Source of the DNA: Buchnera aphidicola str. APS (Acyrthosiphon pisum)
GTDB lineage: Bacteria > Pseudomonadota > Gammaproteobacteria > Enterobacterales > Enterobacteriaceae
Direction: 5' to 3'
Length of the DNA stretch: 32,000 bases
Assembly: GCF_000009605.1 (NCBI RefSeq)
Contig: NC_002528.1
Coordinates: 300,001 to 332,000 of the forward strand
Each line of letters begins with the position of its first letter. The first letter of the stretch is position 1. Under the pieces are notes generated by a model. That model was not told the origin of the DNA, made no database searches, and saw only the letters and a program-made list of their open reading frames with translations. This document shows, piece after piece, positions 20,225-30,826 of this stretch. The position numbers and the translations under genes are program-made.

Positions 20225-21511
20225 ATGAGTCAATCTGATACTATTTTTGATTACAAGCATATTTGGCATCCTTATTCATCTATGAATAATCCTCATCCTT
20301 GTTATACTGTTATATCAGCTAAGGGAGTATATTTAAAATTAAAAAATAGGAAATATATGATAGATGGAATGTCTTCATGGTGGGCTGCAATACATGGTTA
20401 TAATCATCCTGTTTTAAATAAAGCATTAAAAAAACAGATAAGAAAAATGTCTCATGTAATGTTTGGCGGAATTACACATCCTCCAGCCATTTCACTGTGT
20501 CGAAAATTAATTTCACTAACGCCAGAAAAATTAGATTGTGTTTTTCTTTCTGATTCCGGTTCAGTTGCTATTGAAGTAGCAATAAAAATGTTAATACAGT
20601 ATTGGCAAGCATTAGGGCAAAAGAGAAAATTATTTTTGACTATTCGTAATGGTTATCATGGTGATACTTTTTCTGCAATGTCAGTATCGGACCCAAAAAA
20701 TTCATTCCATCAAATATATCATAACTTATTACCAAAACACTTATTTGCAGACGCACCAGTTTCTTCTTTTTATAAAAACTGGGACAACGAAGATATTTTA
20801 TCTTTTAAAAAAATAATAGAAAAAAATTCATTTAAAATAGCAGGGGTCATATTAGAACCTATCGTGCAAGGAGTCGGAGGGATGAATTTTTATCATCCTA
20901 TGTATTTGAAGCAAATAAAAATTTTATGTAATCATTATTCTATTCCAGTTATTTTTGATGAAATTGCAACTGGATTCGGTCGAACTGGAAAAATGTTTGC
21001 TTTTGAACATGCGAATGTTGTGCCAGATATACTATGTTTAGGAAAATCAATTACAGGTGGTACAATAACTTTGGCCGCAACTCTAACTTCACGTCATATT
21101 GCTGATACAATTAGTAAAGGTAAAGTCGGTTGTTTTATGCATGGTCCGACTTATATGGGAAATCCATTAGCATGTGCAGTTGCTAATGCTAACATCAAAA
21201 TATTAAAAACTAATCAATGGAAAATACAAGTATTGAATATTGAAAAGCAATTATTTAAAAGTTTAATGCCGTTAATTAATCATCCTTATGTTACTGATGT
21301 ACGTGTATTAGGAGCCATTGGTGTAGTTGAATGTTCTCGTTCAATTAATATGATTTCAATACAAAAATTTTTTGTTGAAAATGGTGTTTGGATTAGACCA
21401 TTTAAAAAATTAATTTATATTGTCCCACCTTATATTATTAGCCCTCACACATTAAAAAAATTAACGAACGTAATTTCGAATGCTTTAAATAAAACTGAAT
21501 TATTTATATAA
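20225..21511 (+). CDS. bioA: Adenosylmethionine-8-amino-7-oxononanoate aminotransferase
   Basis: 428 aa. HIWHPYSSM, DGMSSWWAAIHGYNHP, FDEIATGFGRTGKMFA and LCLGKSITGG (PLP Lys). Divergent from bioB as in E. coli. Confidence 0.95.
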   Translation: MSQSDTIFDYKHIWHPYSSMNNPHPCYTVISAKGVYLKLKNRKYMIDGMSSWWAAIHGYNHPVLNKALKKQIRKMSHVMFGGITHPPAISLCRKLISLTPEKLDCVFLSDSGSVAIEVAIKMLIQYWQALGQKRKLFLTIRNGYHGDTFSAMSVSDPKNSFHQIYHNLLPKHLFADAPVSSFYKNWDNEDILSFKKIIEKNSFKIAGVILEPIVQGVGGMNFYHPMYLKQIKILCNHYSIPVIFDEIATGFGRTGKMFAFEHANVVPDILCLGKSITGGTITLAATLTSRHIADTISKGKVGCFMHGPTYMGNPLACAVANANIKILKTNQWKIQVLNIEKQLFKSLMPLINHPYVTDVRVLGAIGVVECSRSINMISIQKFFVENGVWIRPFKKLIYIVPPYIISPHTLKKLTNVISNALNKTELFI

Positions 21512-21519
21512 TTTTAATT

Positions 21520-22524
21520 TCAACACAATGCATGTATAAGTATCCATACAGGTCTTTGACCAGTACTATATACATTTATTTTTTTTAATTCACCAGTGCT
21601 ATTAGAAATGCTATATATAATGAATGTATTAGATTTTTCTCCAGCAACGATCAAATGTGTATTATGAGAATTTATATTAAATGATCGAGGTTGTTCTTCT
21701 GTATCATAACTTTTAAAAAAAACAAGTTTATTGTCATTTTGATTGATATGAAATAATGAAATAATATTAAAAAAGCGATCGCAAGCATACAAAAAACGAC
21801 CACACGATGTTATATGAATGTCAGAACACCAATAATCTTTTAGAAATCTATTTTTCAATACATGTATATTTTGTATATTTTTTACTTTTATCACGTTGTT
21901 CTTTTTGTATATTTTCCATACATCTATAGTTCCATTTAATTCATTTATAGTATAGATAAAATCTTGATTAGGATGAAAGATGATATGACGCGGACCTGAT
22001 TTTTTTTGAGTATGAAGAATATTTTGTTCAGTGCTTTTTAATATTCCAAAATCAGTTAGATAATACAAGTAAATACAATCTTCTTTCAGAGAGATAACAA
22101 ACAATATATTATATTTATAATTCATTTTTGCAGCATGACAACCTTCTATATTATAGATAATCTGTATTGGATTCTGAGGTATACCAAATTTATTTAATGG
22201 ACTTACACTAATAAAATTAGAATGATAAGAACTACAAAATAAAAATTCTTTCTTTTTATCAAAAGAAATATAATTGGCTTTTCCTGGAATATTACTCTCA
22301 TTTTTTTTTTCAAGGAAACCATTATGGTTTATAGAATATGTAATAATTTTATTATCAGGGAAAATTCCAGCATATAATAAATTTCTTTTTTGAATAATAT
22401 TTATAGGTTGAATTTTTCCGTCTGTTTCAATTTTTTGTATTAAATTCATTTTGCCACTCTTGCATAAATTCCATACTTCTATATTTTTACTTTCTGAATT
22501 TGCAATATAAACAACTTGTTTCAT
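21520..22524 (-). CDS. pgl: 6-phosphogluconolactonase (YbhE-type beta-propeller)
   Basis: 334 aa. MKQVVYIANSESKNIEVWNL, GPRHIIFHPNQDFIYTINELNGTIDVW and DIHITSCGRFLYACDR parallel E. coli Pgl. An AAAGGAG Shine-Dalgarno lies upstream. Confidence 0.85.
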   Translation of the reverse strand: MKQVVYIANSESKNIEVWNLCKSGKMNLIQKIETDGKIQPINIIQKRNLLYAGIFPDNKIITYSINHNGFLEKKNESNIPGKANYISFDKKKEFLFCSSYHSNFISVSPLNKFGIPQNPIQIIYNIEGCHAAKMNYKYNILFVISLKEDCIYLYYLTDFGILKSTEQNILHTQKKSGPRHIIFHPNQDFIYTINELNGTIDVWKIYKKNNVIKVKNIQNIHVLKNRFLKDYWCSDIHITSCGRFLYACDRFFNIISLFHINQNDNKLVFFKSYDTEEQPRSFNINSHNTHLIVAGEKSNTFIIYSISNSTGELKKINVYSTGQRPVWILIHALC

Positions 22525-22647
22525 ACAACTCCTTTAATATTCTATCTATAATTGTCAAGGATTATTTTATAAATTATTTCTCTGGATTATGAAAAGAATA
22601 AAAATATTTAATCATTATTTTTAAGAAGTTTTTTTATTAAATAAAAT

Positions 22648-25086
22648 TTAAATATTTTTTTTAAATAAATTTCTTAATAAATTAATAATCCACTTGAGAC
22701 GCAAATAATCATTTTTTAAATGCAAAATAAATTTTATTCTTGTAGAAGTTTCCATTTTCCAGATTTTTGGTTCTTTTTGAAACATTTTCAGTAAATATTC
22801 AGTATTTATAGAACCATAATCATTAAATTCTATTATGCCTATGTTATTATTAGATTTAATATATTTAATACCAATTTTATCTGCTATTAATCGAATTTTA
22901 GCAATTAGAATTAAATTCTTAGAAAAATCAGGTAGTTTACCAAATTGATCAATTAGTTCATATTTTATTTCTTCTATTTGTTTTTCATGTATAGCGTTGG
23001 CGAGTTTTTTATAAAAAAATAATCTTGTATTAATGTCTAATATATAACTACTAGGTAGTAGGGAAGATACATGTAAATCAATTTCTAATGGTTTTTTTAA
23101 TGATTTTTCAACAGAAAAAATTTTTCCATTTTTTAGTAAATCAATAGCATTTTTCAACAAGTCCATATATAAAGAAAAACCTATATTTTTTATATGTCCG
23201 CTTTGTTCTTTACCTAGTATCTCACCTACTCCTCTAATTTCTAAATCTTGATTAGATAGAGAAAAACCTCCTCCAAAATTATCAACTGATGAAATTGCTT
23301 CTAATCTTTTTTTGGCATCTGAAGTGATTTTATTAAAATTGTTGACAAGTAATAAAGCATATGCTTGATTATTTGATCGACCAATACGTCCGCGAAGTTG
23401 ATGTAATTGAGATAATCCAAAATGATCAGAATTTTCAATAATAATTGTATTAGCTCTTGCTATATCAACACCACTTTCAATAATCGTAGTACAAATCAAG
23501 ACATTGAATTTATTGTTGTAAAATTCATTCATGACTTTTTTTAAATCTATATTCTTCATTTGTCCATGACCTATTTTAATACTAGCTTCGGGAATTAATA
23601 TTGATAATCTTTCAGCGATGTTCATGATATTTTGAACTTTATTATATATATAATAAACTTGACCGCCTCTTGATATTTCACGTAGTATTGTTTTTCTTAT
23701 TAATATAGGACTATATTCTTGAATAAAAGTTTTAATTGCCAATCTTTGAGCTGGAGGTTTTGCTATAATAGATAGATCTTTTATACCAGTCATAGCCATA
23801 TTTAAAGTACGAGGTATAGGCGTAGCTGTTAAAGTCAGTATATCAATATTAGAATATATTTTTTTTATAATTTCTTTATGACTCACGCCAAACCTATGTT
23901 CTTCATCAATAATTAATAGTCCGAGACTACACCATTCTATATTTTTAAATAGCAGTTTATGAGTACCTATTATTATATTAATTCGTCCGTTTTTAGTATG
24001 CTTAAAAATTAAATCTTGTTCTTTTTGTGTTTGAAATCTAGATAATATATTAATATTAACAGGCCAATTAGAAAAACGAATTTTGAAATTTTTATAGTGT
24101 TGTTGTGCTAATAAAGTAGTTGGCACTAAAATAGCTACTTGTTTTTTATTAGATACAGCTAAAAAAGAAGCACGCATCGCTATTTCAGTCTTTCCGAAAC
24201 CGACATCACCACAAATTAAACGATCCATAGGAATTGGTTTAGACATGTCTTTTAGTACGAACTTCATTACTTCATTTTGATCTGATGTTGTTTTAAAAGA
24301 ACAGTCATTACAAAACAAGTCATATTTTTCTATGTTTTTTTTAAATGCAAAACCTGTTTTAGATTCTCTTTTTGCATAAATATGTAGTAATTGTGCTGCA
24401 TGATCGTAAACCGTTTTACTAATTTTATGTTTTTCTTTATTCCAATCATCACCACCTAATTTGTGAAGAGGAGCATTTTCTATAGATGTTCCGGTATAAG
24501 GTGAGACAAGATGTAGATTTGAAACCGGTACATATAATTTATCCCCTTCTGCATATGAAATAACAAGATATTCAGATTGTATGCTAGCAGTTTCTATAGT
24601 TGTTAATCCTTTATACCTTCCAATACCGTGTTCAATATGCATAACTGGATGATTTAAAATCAATTGAGATAAGTTAAATTTATTAATATTGTTAGTATTC
24701 TTTTTTATATTACCAATATATTTATCATCAATTAATATTGGCAACAAATCTTTTGTACAAAGAAATAAAATATTATTTTTTTTATCTATAAATCCATTTT
24801 TGATCTCTTCTATCATGTAAAAATAATCAATTTCTTTCTTAATATCAATAATTCTTTTAATATATTGTGGGTGTATTTTATGTCTCATTAAAAATCTTAA
24901 AATTTTTTTTAAAGATTTTTCTTCTGTCAAAGAAAATATTATTTTTCCTGAAAATGAATATAAATAGGACAATAACTGATTATTTTTTTTTTGATTATTT
25001 ACATTATAAAATAGATCTAGTAATTTTTGATATTTAAAATTAATAATTTTTTTGTTTTTTAAAATTTTATTTTTTGTAATTTTCAT
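22648..25086 (-). CDS. mfd: Transcription-repair coupling factor Mfd, N-terminally short form (812 aa)
   Basis: RNAP-interaction region HPVMHIEHGIGRYKGL...KLYVPVSNLHLVSPYTG, helicase motifs GDVGFGKTE, IIDEEHRFG and TATPIPRTL, and the TRG motif QLHQLRGRIGRS. E. coli Mfd is about 1148 aa. Confidence 0.93.
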   Translation of the reverse strand: MKITKNKILKNKKIINFKYQKLLDLFYNVNNQKKNNQLLSYLYSFSGKIIFSLTEEKSLKKILRFLMRHKIHPQYIKRIIDIKKEIDYFYMIEEIKNGFIDKKNNILFLCTKDLLPILIDDKYIGNIKKNTNNINKFNLSQLILNHPVMHIEHGIGRYKGLTTIETASIQSEYLVISYAEGDKLYVPVSNLHLVSPYTGTSIENAPLHKLGGDDWNKEKHKISKTVYDHAAQLLHIYAKRESKTGFAFKKNIEKYDLFCNDCSFKTTSDQNEVMKFVLKDMSKPIPMDRLICGDVGFGKTEIAMRASFLAVSNKKQVAILVPTTLLAQQHYKNFKIRFSNWPVNINILSRFQTQKEQDLIFKHTKNGRINIIIGTHKLLFKNIEWCSLGLLIIDEEHRFGVSHKEIIKKIYSNIDILTLTATPIPRTLNMAMTGIKDLSIIAKPPAQRLAIKTFIQEYSPILIRKTILREISRGGQVYYIYNKVQNIMNIAERLSILIPEASIKIGHGQMKNIDLKKVMNEFYNNKFNVLICTTIIESGVDIARANTIIIENSDHFGLSQLHQLRGRIGRSNNQAYALLLVNNFNKITSDAKKRLEAISSVDNFGGGFSLSNQDLEIRGVGEILGKEQSGHIKNIGFSLYMDLLKNAIDLLKNGKIFSVEKSLKKPLEIDLHVSSLLPSSYILDINTRLFFYKKLANAIHEKQIEEIKYELIDQFGKLPDFSKNLILIAKIRLIADKIGIKYIKSNNNIGIIEFNDYGSINTEYLLKMFQKEPKIWKMETSTRIKFILHLKNDYLRLKWIINLLRNLFKKNI

Positions 25087-25560
25087 AGAACGTATTTCTT
25101 TAAATAAAGTAATAATTTTTTAATTTAAATTAAACTAATTTTTATTCATATTATATTTTTTATAAATTTAAAAATATTTCTTAAATAAATATTTTAAATG
25201 TGTATTTAAAAAAATATAAATAATAATTATTTTATTTTACATTTTATTATATTAAAATTTATACTATAAATATTTTTATATTTTAATAAAAATACATTTT
25301 ATATAAATAAAATACTGATATTTTTTCTTTTTATTTTTTTAAATTACTATAATGATAATTATAGTATATAATAAAATAAGTAAAATAAAGAACAAAAAAA
25401 TTATCAATATAAATAAATAAGGATGTAATTTCTTTTTTTTTATTCTAATTTTATATAAAAAAAGAATTTGCATCGAATCGATAAAATAAAAATTTTTATT
25501 TTCAATTGAATATATTCAAAACATTCAATAAAAACTTTATAAATTTAAAATGACATCAGA

Positions 25561-26760
25561 ATGTATAAACCTATCTCTCTTTTTATTGCTTTACGTTATT
25601 TATGGAATACTCATTTACCAAATTTTAAAAAAATAATTACAATTCTATCTATTATAGGTATTAGTATAACGACAGCTTCACTAATTATTATTACATCTAT
25701 AATAAATGGATCTGAGAAAAATTTTGAAAAAAATATTTTATCATTTATTCCACATTTAATAATAACTAATAAAAATCAATGTATTAAAAAAGATCAATTT
25801 CCTGAAAATATTTTAAAATTAAATAATATTAAAAATATTTCTGATTTAATTAGTAAAGAAATCATTGTACAAAGTAAAAACGATATTTCTATGGCAGAAG
25901 TAATAGGAATTGACCATACAAACTATTACAATATTCATAACTATAATATTAAAAGTGTTTTAAAAACACTTAAGCCTGGATATTATAATATAATTATAGG
26001 AAAACAGTTAGCTAGAAAACTTAATGTATTTATCGGTGATAGACTGAAACTAATTTTTTTATCCAACACAAAAAATTTTTTTTCAGGAGAAATTTTCAAA
26101 CAACGTACATTTAAAATAATTAATTTTTTTTCAACTAAAAAAGAAGTTGATTATTATCAAATTTTAATGAACAAAGAAGACAGTTTGAATTTTTTAAATT
26201 ATTCTAAAGATTATGTTACTGGTTGGCGCGTATGGTTGAAAAATCCACTATCTTTAAATGTTAATGAGATAAAAAAGATAACACATCCATTATTTTTATT
26301 GGATTGGACGACACAAAAAGGTGAACTTTTTAAAGCCATGAAAATTGAAAAATATATCATGTTTCTTTTTTTGTTTTTAGTTTTATTAGTATCTATTTTA
26401 AATATAGTTGTTATTCTTACTATATGTACAGTAGAAAAACAAAATGCTGTTGCGATTTTACAGACACAGGGATTGCTGAATTGTAAAATTATGTTAATAT
26501 TTATTATATTTGGTTCAAGCACCGCAATTATTGGTAATATATTAGGTACACTAATTAGTCTCACATTAATAATACAAAATGATTTTTTGAAATTTTTTAT
26601 TAACATTTTTATTGATGAAACAAATATCCCTATAATTGTTATTCCATATCAAATTTTTTTTATTAATATTACTATTACATTATTTACCATACTATCAACA
26701 CTTTATCCATCTTGGAAGGCTATCCAATTAAAACCATCTAGAATTTTGTCCAATGAATAA
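25561..26760 (+). CDS. lolC: Lipoprotein-release ABC transporter permease LolC
   Basis: 399 aa. The N-terminus MYKPISLFIALRYL matches E. coli LolC MYQPVALFIGLRYM. MacB/FtsX-type topology. Confidence 0.87.
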   Translation: MYKPISLFIALRYLWNTHLPNFKKIITILSIIGISITTASLIIITSIINGSEKNFEKNILSFIPHLIITNKNQCIKKDQFPENILKLNNIKNISDLISKEIIVQSKNDISMAEVIGIDHTNYYNIHNYNIKSVLKTLKPGYYNIIIGKQLARKLNVFIGDRLKLIFLSNTKNFFSGEIFKQRTFKIINFFSTKKEVDYYQILMNKEDSLNFLNYSKDYVTGWRVWLKNPLSLNVNEIKKITHPLFLLDWTTQKGELFKAMKIEKYIMFLFLFLVLLVSILNIVVILTICTVEKQNAVAILQTQGLLNCKIMLIFIIFGSSTAIIGNILGTLISLTLIIQNDFLKFFINIFIDETNIPIIVIPYQIFFINITITLFTILSTLYPSWKAIQLKPSRILSNE

Positions 26761-27439
26761 TATTATCATAAAATGTATTAATTTGAATAAGTCTTACAAA
26801 GACGGCGATTTTACTTATACAATTCTAAAAAATATATCATTTCAATTAAATAAAGGAGATATAGCAGGTATTATTGGAAAATCAGGATCAGGAAAAACAA
26901 CTTTTTTACATTTACTCGCAGGATTAGAGAATCCTACTTCCGGTGACATATTATTTAATGGTAGATTATTTAGTTCTATGTCATCTAATAAAATGTCAAA
27001 ATTTAGAAATATTGAATTAGGTTTTATATATCAATTTCATCATTTAATGTTAGATTTCAATATATTAGAAAATGTTTCAATGCCTCTTCTGATTAGTAAT
27101 AAAAGCAAAAAAGATTCTGAAGAAATAGCATATAACATGCTAAAAAAGTTTAATTTAGAAGATAAGATAAAAAAATATCCTTCTGAATTATCTGGAGGAG
27201 AAAGACAGCGTGTTGCTGTTGCTAGAGCATTTATTAATAAGCCATCTTTAATAATAGCAGATGAACCTACTGGAAATTTAGATGAAGACAATACAAATAT
27301 TATCTTTAATTTAATCACAGAATTAAATTCTGATTATAATACTTCGTTCATAATTGCCACACATGATCCTACTTTAATAAAAAAGATACCTGTTTTGTTT
27401 AAAATAGAAAACAATCAGATATTTAATTATGAAAGTTAA
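26753..27439 (+). CDS. lolD: Lipoprotein-release ABC transporter ATP-binding protein LolD
   Basis: 228 aa. Walker A GKSGSGKTT, signature LSGGERQRVAVARA and Walker B LIIADEPTGNLD. The start overlaps the lolC end by 8 nt. Confidence 0.93.
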   Translation: MNNIIIKCINLNKSYKDGDFTYTILKNISFQLNKGDIAGIIGKSGSGKTTFLHLLAGLENPTSGDILFNGRLFSSMSSNKMSKFRNIELGFIYQFHHLMLDFNILENVSMPLLISNKSKKDSEEIAYNMLKKFNLEDKIKKYPSELSGGERQRVAVARAFINKPSLIIADEPTGNLDEDNTNIIFNLITELNSDYNTSFIIATHDPTLIKKIPVLFKIENNQIFNYES

Positions 27440-27456
27440 TTAAAAAGAAACATTCA

Positions 27457-28694
27457 ATGAATTCTTTACCTTTTTTAATTGCAAAAAAATTTTCTCTTAA
27501 GAAAAACAAAAATTATTTAATATTTTTAACCTCTATTTTATCTAAAATAGGAGTTTCCATTAGTATATTTGCATTAATTGTTAGCGTTAGTGCATTAAAT
27601 GGATTTCAGGTGTTATTGAATAAAACAATTTTATCGAATCTACCTCATGGAATTATGAAATTTACTGATCAATCATATTTCAAATGGCATAGTATGATAA
27701 AAAAAATAAATATTTTACCAGGAATTACTTATTCTGAACCTTATATTGTTACTAAAGGACTATTAGTTATCAAGAACCAAGTAAAACCAATTGAAATTAA
27801 AAGCTTTAGTAATATAAAACATCTTAAAAAAAAATTTTTTTTTCATCTGAAAATGATAATTTTTTAAAAAAAAAAGGCAACGAGTGTGAAATTATTCTTT
27901 CATCTTATTTATCAAAATATTTATCAATCAAAAAAGGTAATTGGATTAATATATTTTTTTTAAATAAAAAAGATAATGATCTTAATTCGCAGATACAAAA
28001 TTTTTCTTTAAAGATTGCAGGTGTATTTGAATCCAATGGAATATTAGATTCAAAAATAGGATACGTTCCCTTGAGTTTTTTTAAAAAATTTTTTAATGCA
28101 GATAAAAATATTAATACAATCGAACTACATATGTCTGATCCCTTAAATGCTGATAAAATCATTTTAAATGCTGCAAAGAAAATCAACACACCTTTTTTAG
28201 CGTATACATGGATTGATAGTTATAAATATATATACGATGATATTAAGAAAATTAAAGCAGTAGTATATTTGGGTCTTTTATTACTTGTAATAATTTCATG
28301 TTTTAGTATTGCATCTATTTCTTTAATTACTGTATTTAAAAAAACACAAGAAATTGCTATTTTACGAAGCATGGGGGCTAATAACCGTCTCATTCAAATA
28401 ATTTTTTTATATTATGGATTACGCTCTATTATCATTAGTAATTTAATTGGTCTTTTTATAGGAATAACGACTATTTTAAATTTCAAGAGAATCTTACTCT
28501 TTTTAGAAAAAAACTTTAAAAATAATATGTTGTTAGATAACATTTATTACAATAATTTTTTTATGTTAAAAATAAATTTTCTAGATGTAATAATTATATT
28601 TATAAGTACTATGATAATAGGAATGATAACAAATTGGTATCCAGCATATTATGCTTCAAAAATTGATCCTAGTAAAATATTAAAAGAATATTAA
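27457..28694 (+). pseudogene. lolE: lolE permease interrupted by a frameshift in an A9T9 tract (candidate pseudogene, or a gene rescued by slippage)
   Basis: The N-terminal part (27457-27867, frame 1) reads MNSLPFLIAKKF...LNGFQ...LPHG like E. coli LolE and stops at 27865-27867. The rest of the protein is open in another frame from 27828 to 28694. The two together span about 412 codons, against about 414 aa for E. coli LolE. Confidence 0.85.
27826..27843 (+). repeat. Homopolymer pair A9T9, the likely frameshift site within lolE. A T5A10 tract follows at 27861-27875.
   Basis: Direct count gives A at 27826-27834 and T at 27835-27843. The frame change must occur between 27828 and 27864. Confidence 0.9.
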
Positions 28695-28697
28695 TAA

Positions 28698-29774
<1,077 letters not shown>

Positions 29775-29872
29775 ATGTTCATATAACTAATAATTATAAA
29801 AATATCATATTTTATTCTAAAAAATAATATTTATACTTTCATTAGAAATAATGATGGGTATATTTTTTATAT

Positions 29873-29915
29873 ATAGCAGTATTAATTTTTAATTTAATAC
29901 TGCTATTATATTTTT
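29873..29915 (+). terminator. Candidate intrinsic terminator downstream of gapA
   Basis: A 13-bp perfect stem, atagcagtattaa (29873-29885) paired with ttaatactgctat (29894-29906), has an 8-nt loop and is followed by tataTTTTT. It lies about 100 nt after the gapA stop. Confidence 0.4.
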
Positions 29916-30045
29916 AAAAATATTTTAATAATATTTAAAATTTTTTTCCATAATTTGAAATTTATTATTTTCTATACATATTTTATATAAAAAAATAATT
30001 TAATTTTTATATCAATGCGAAATAAATATATATATATGTGAATTG

Positions 30046-30071
30046 AAAAATTTAGTTTAAAATAAACTAAA
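30046..30071 (-). terminator. Candidate intrinsic terminator downstream of fldA
   Basis: On the minus strand, tttagttta-ttt-taaactaaa (9-bp stem, 30071-30051) is followed by TTTTT (30050-30046). It lies about 35 nt after the fldA stop. The stem is AU-rich, so the call is weak. Confidence 0.3.
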
Positions 30072-30104
30072 AAAGTCTATTATTCTAAATAATATTTTTT
30101 ATAT

Positions 30105-30620
30105 TTAATGTGTATTAAAATAAGGAATAATTTGTTTTACCCATTGCTTTATTCTATATTCAGTTTTATTTGCTTGACGATCTTCATCTAAAATTAGTCC
30201 ATAAAAATATTTTTTATTCAGTAAAGCTTTAGATTGCTCAAAATAATAGTCTTCTGTAGACCATTTTCCAATTATATTCGCTTTATTTTTTTTTAAAATA
30301 TCATAAATGGTACCTATTGCATCGCAAAAATATTCACTGTAATCTTCTTGATCACCGCATCCGAATAATGCCACAATTTTATTTGAAAAATTGATTTTTT
30401 TTAAAGTTGGCAAGAAATCATCCCAATCACATTGAACTTCACCATAATACCAAGTAGGGACTCCAAATATTAAAAAATTAAAATCTTCAATGTCTTTTTG
30501 GGAAGTATTACTAATATCGTATAAACAAGAAACATTATCACCTATATATTTTTGAATTAATTTTGCTATCTTTTCTGTGTTTCCAGTATCACTACCAAAA
30601 AAAATTCCTATTTTTTTCAT
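30105..30620 (-). CDS. fldA: Flavodoxin 1
   Basis: 171 aa. The FMN-binding N-terminus [17 protein letters not shown] matches E. coli [24 protein letters not shown] is present. Confidence 0.93.
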   Translation of the reverse strand: MKKIGIFFGSDTGNTEKIAKLIQKYIGDNVSCLYDISNTSQKDIEDFNFLIFGVPTWYYGEVQCDWDDFLPTLKKINFSNKIVALFGCGDQEDYSEYFCDAIGTIYDILKKNKANIIGKWSTEDYYFEQSKALLNKKYFYGLILDEDRQANKTEYRIKQWVKQIIPYFNTH

Positions 30621-30826
30621 TTTAGTCTCTTGTAATAAAATATATTTTTAATATAGATATATGTTAATGTATTAATGTGTATTTTTTTTCTACTACAAAG
30701 TAAAAATTAATTTTTATTTTTATAAAAAAATGAATTTATAGAAAGAACTATTCTAAAAATTCTTCTATAAAATAATATTTCCTAACAATATTTTTCAGCT
30801 GAGTTAATATATTAAATATAAATATT

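Noticed and set aside
22553-22558. Perfect -35 hexamer TTGACA (minus strand) upstream of pgl.
   Set aside because: It lies only about 28 nt from the pgl ATG. No acceptable -10 element follows at 16-18 nt spacing, and a transcript initiated from it would lack the AAAGGAG ribosome-binding site. It is probably coincidental.
27905-28189. 94-aa minus-strand ORF filling the apparent gap between the two lolE fragments.
   Set aside because: The plus strand is continuously open here in the lolE C-terminal frame (from 27828) and encodes LolE-like sequence. The minus ORF is an antisense shadow.
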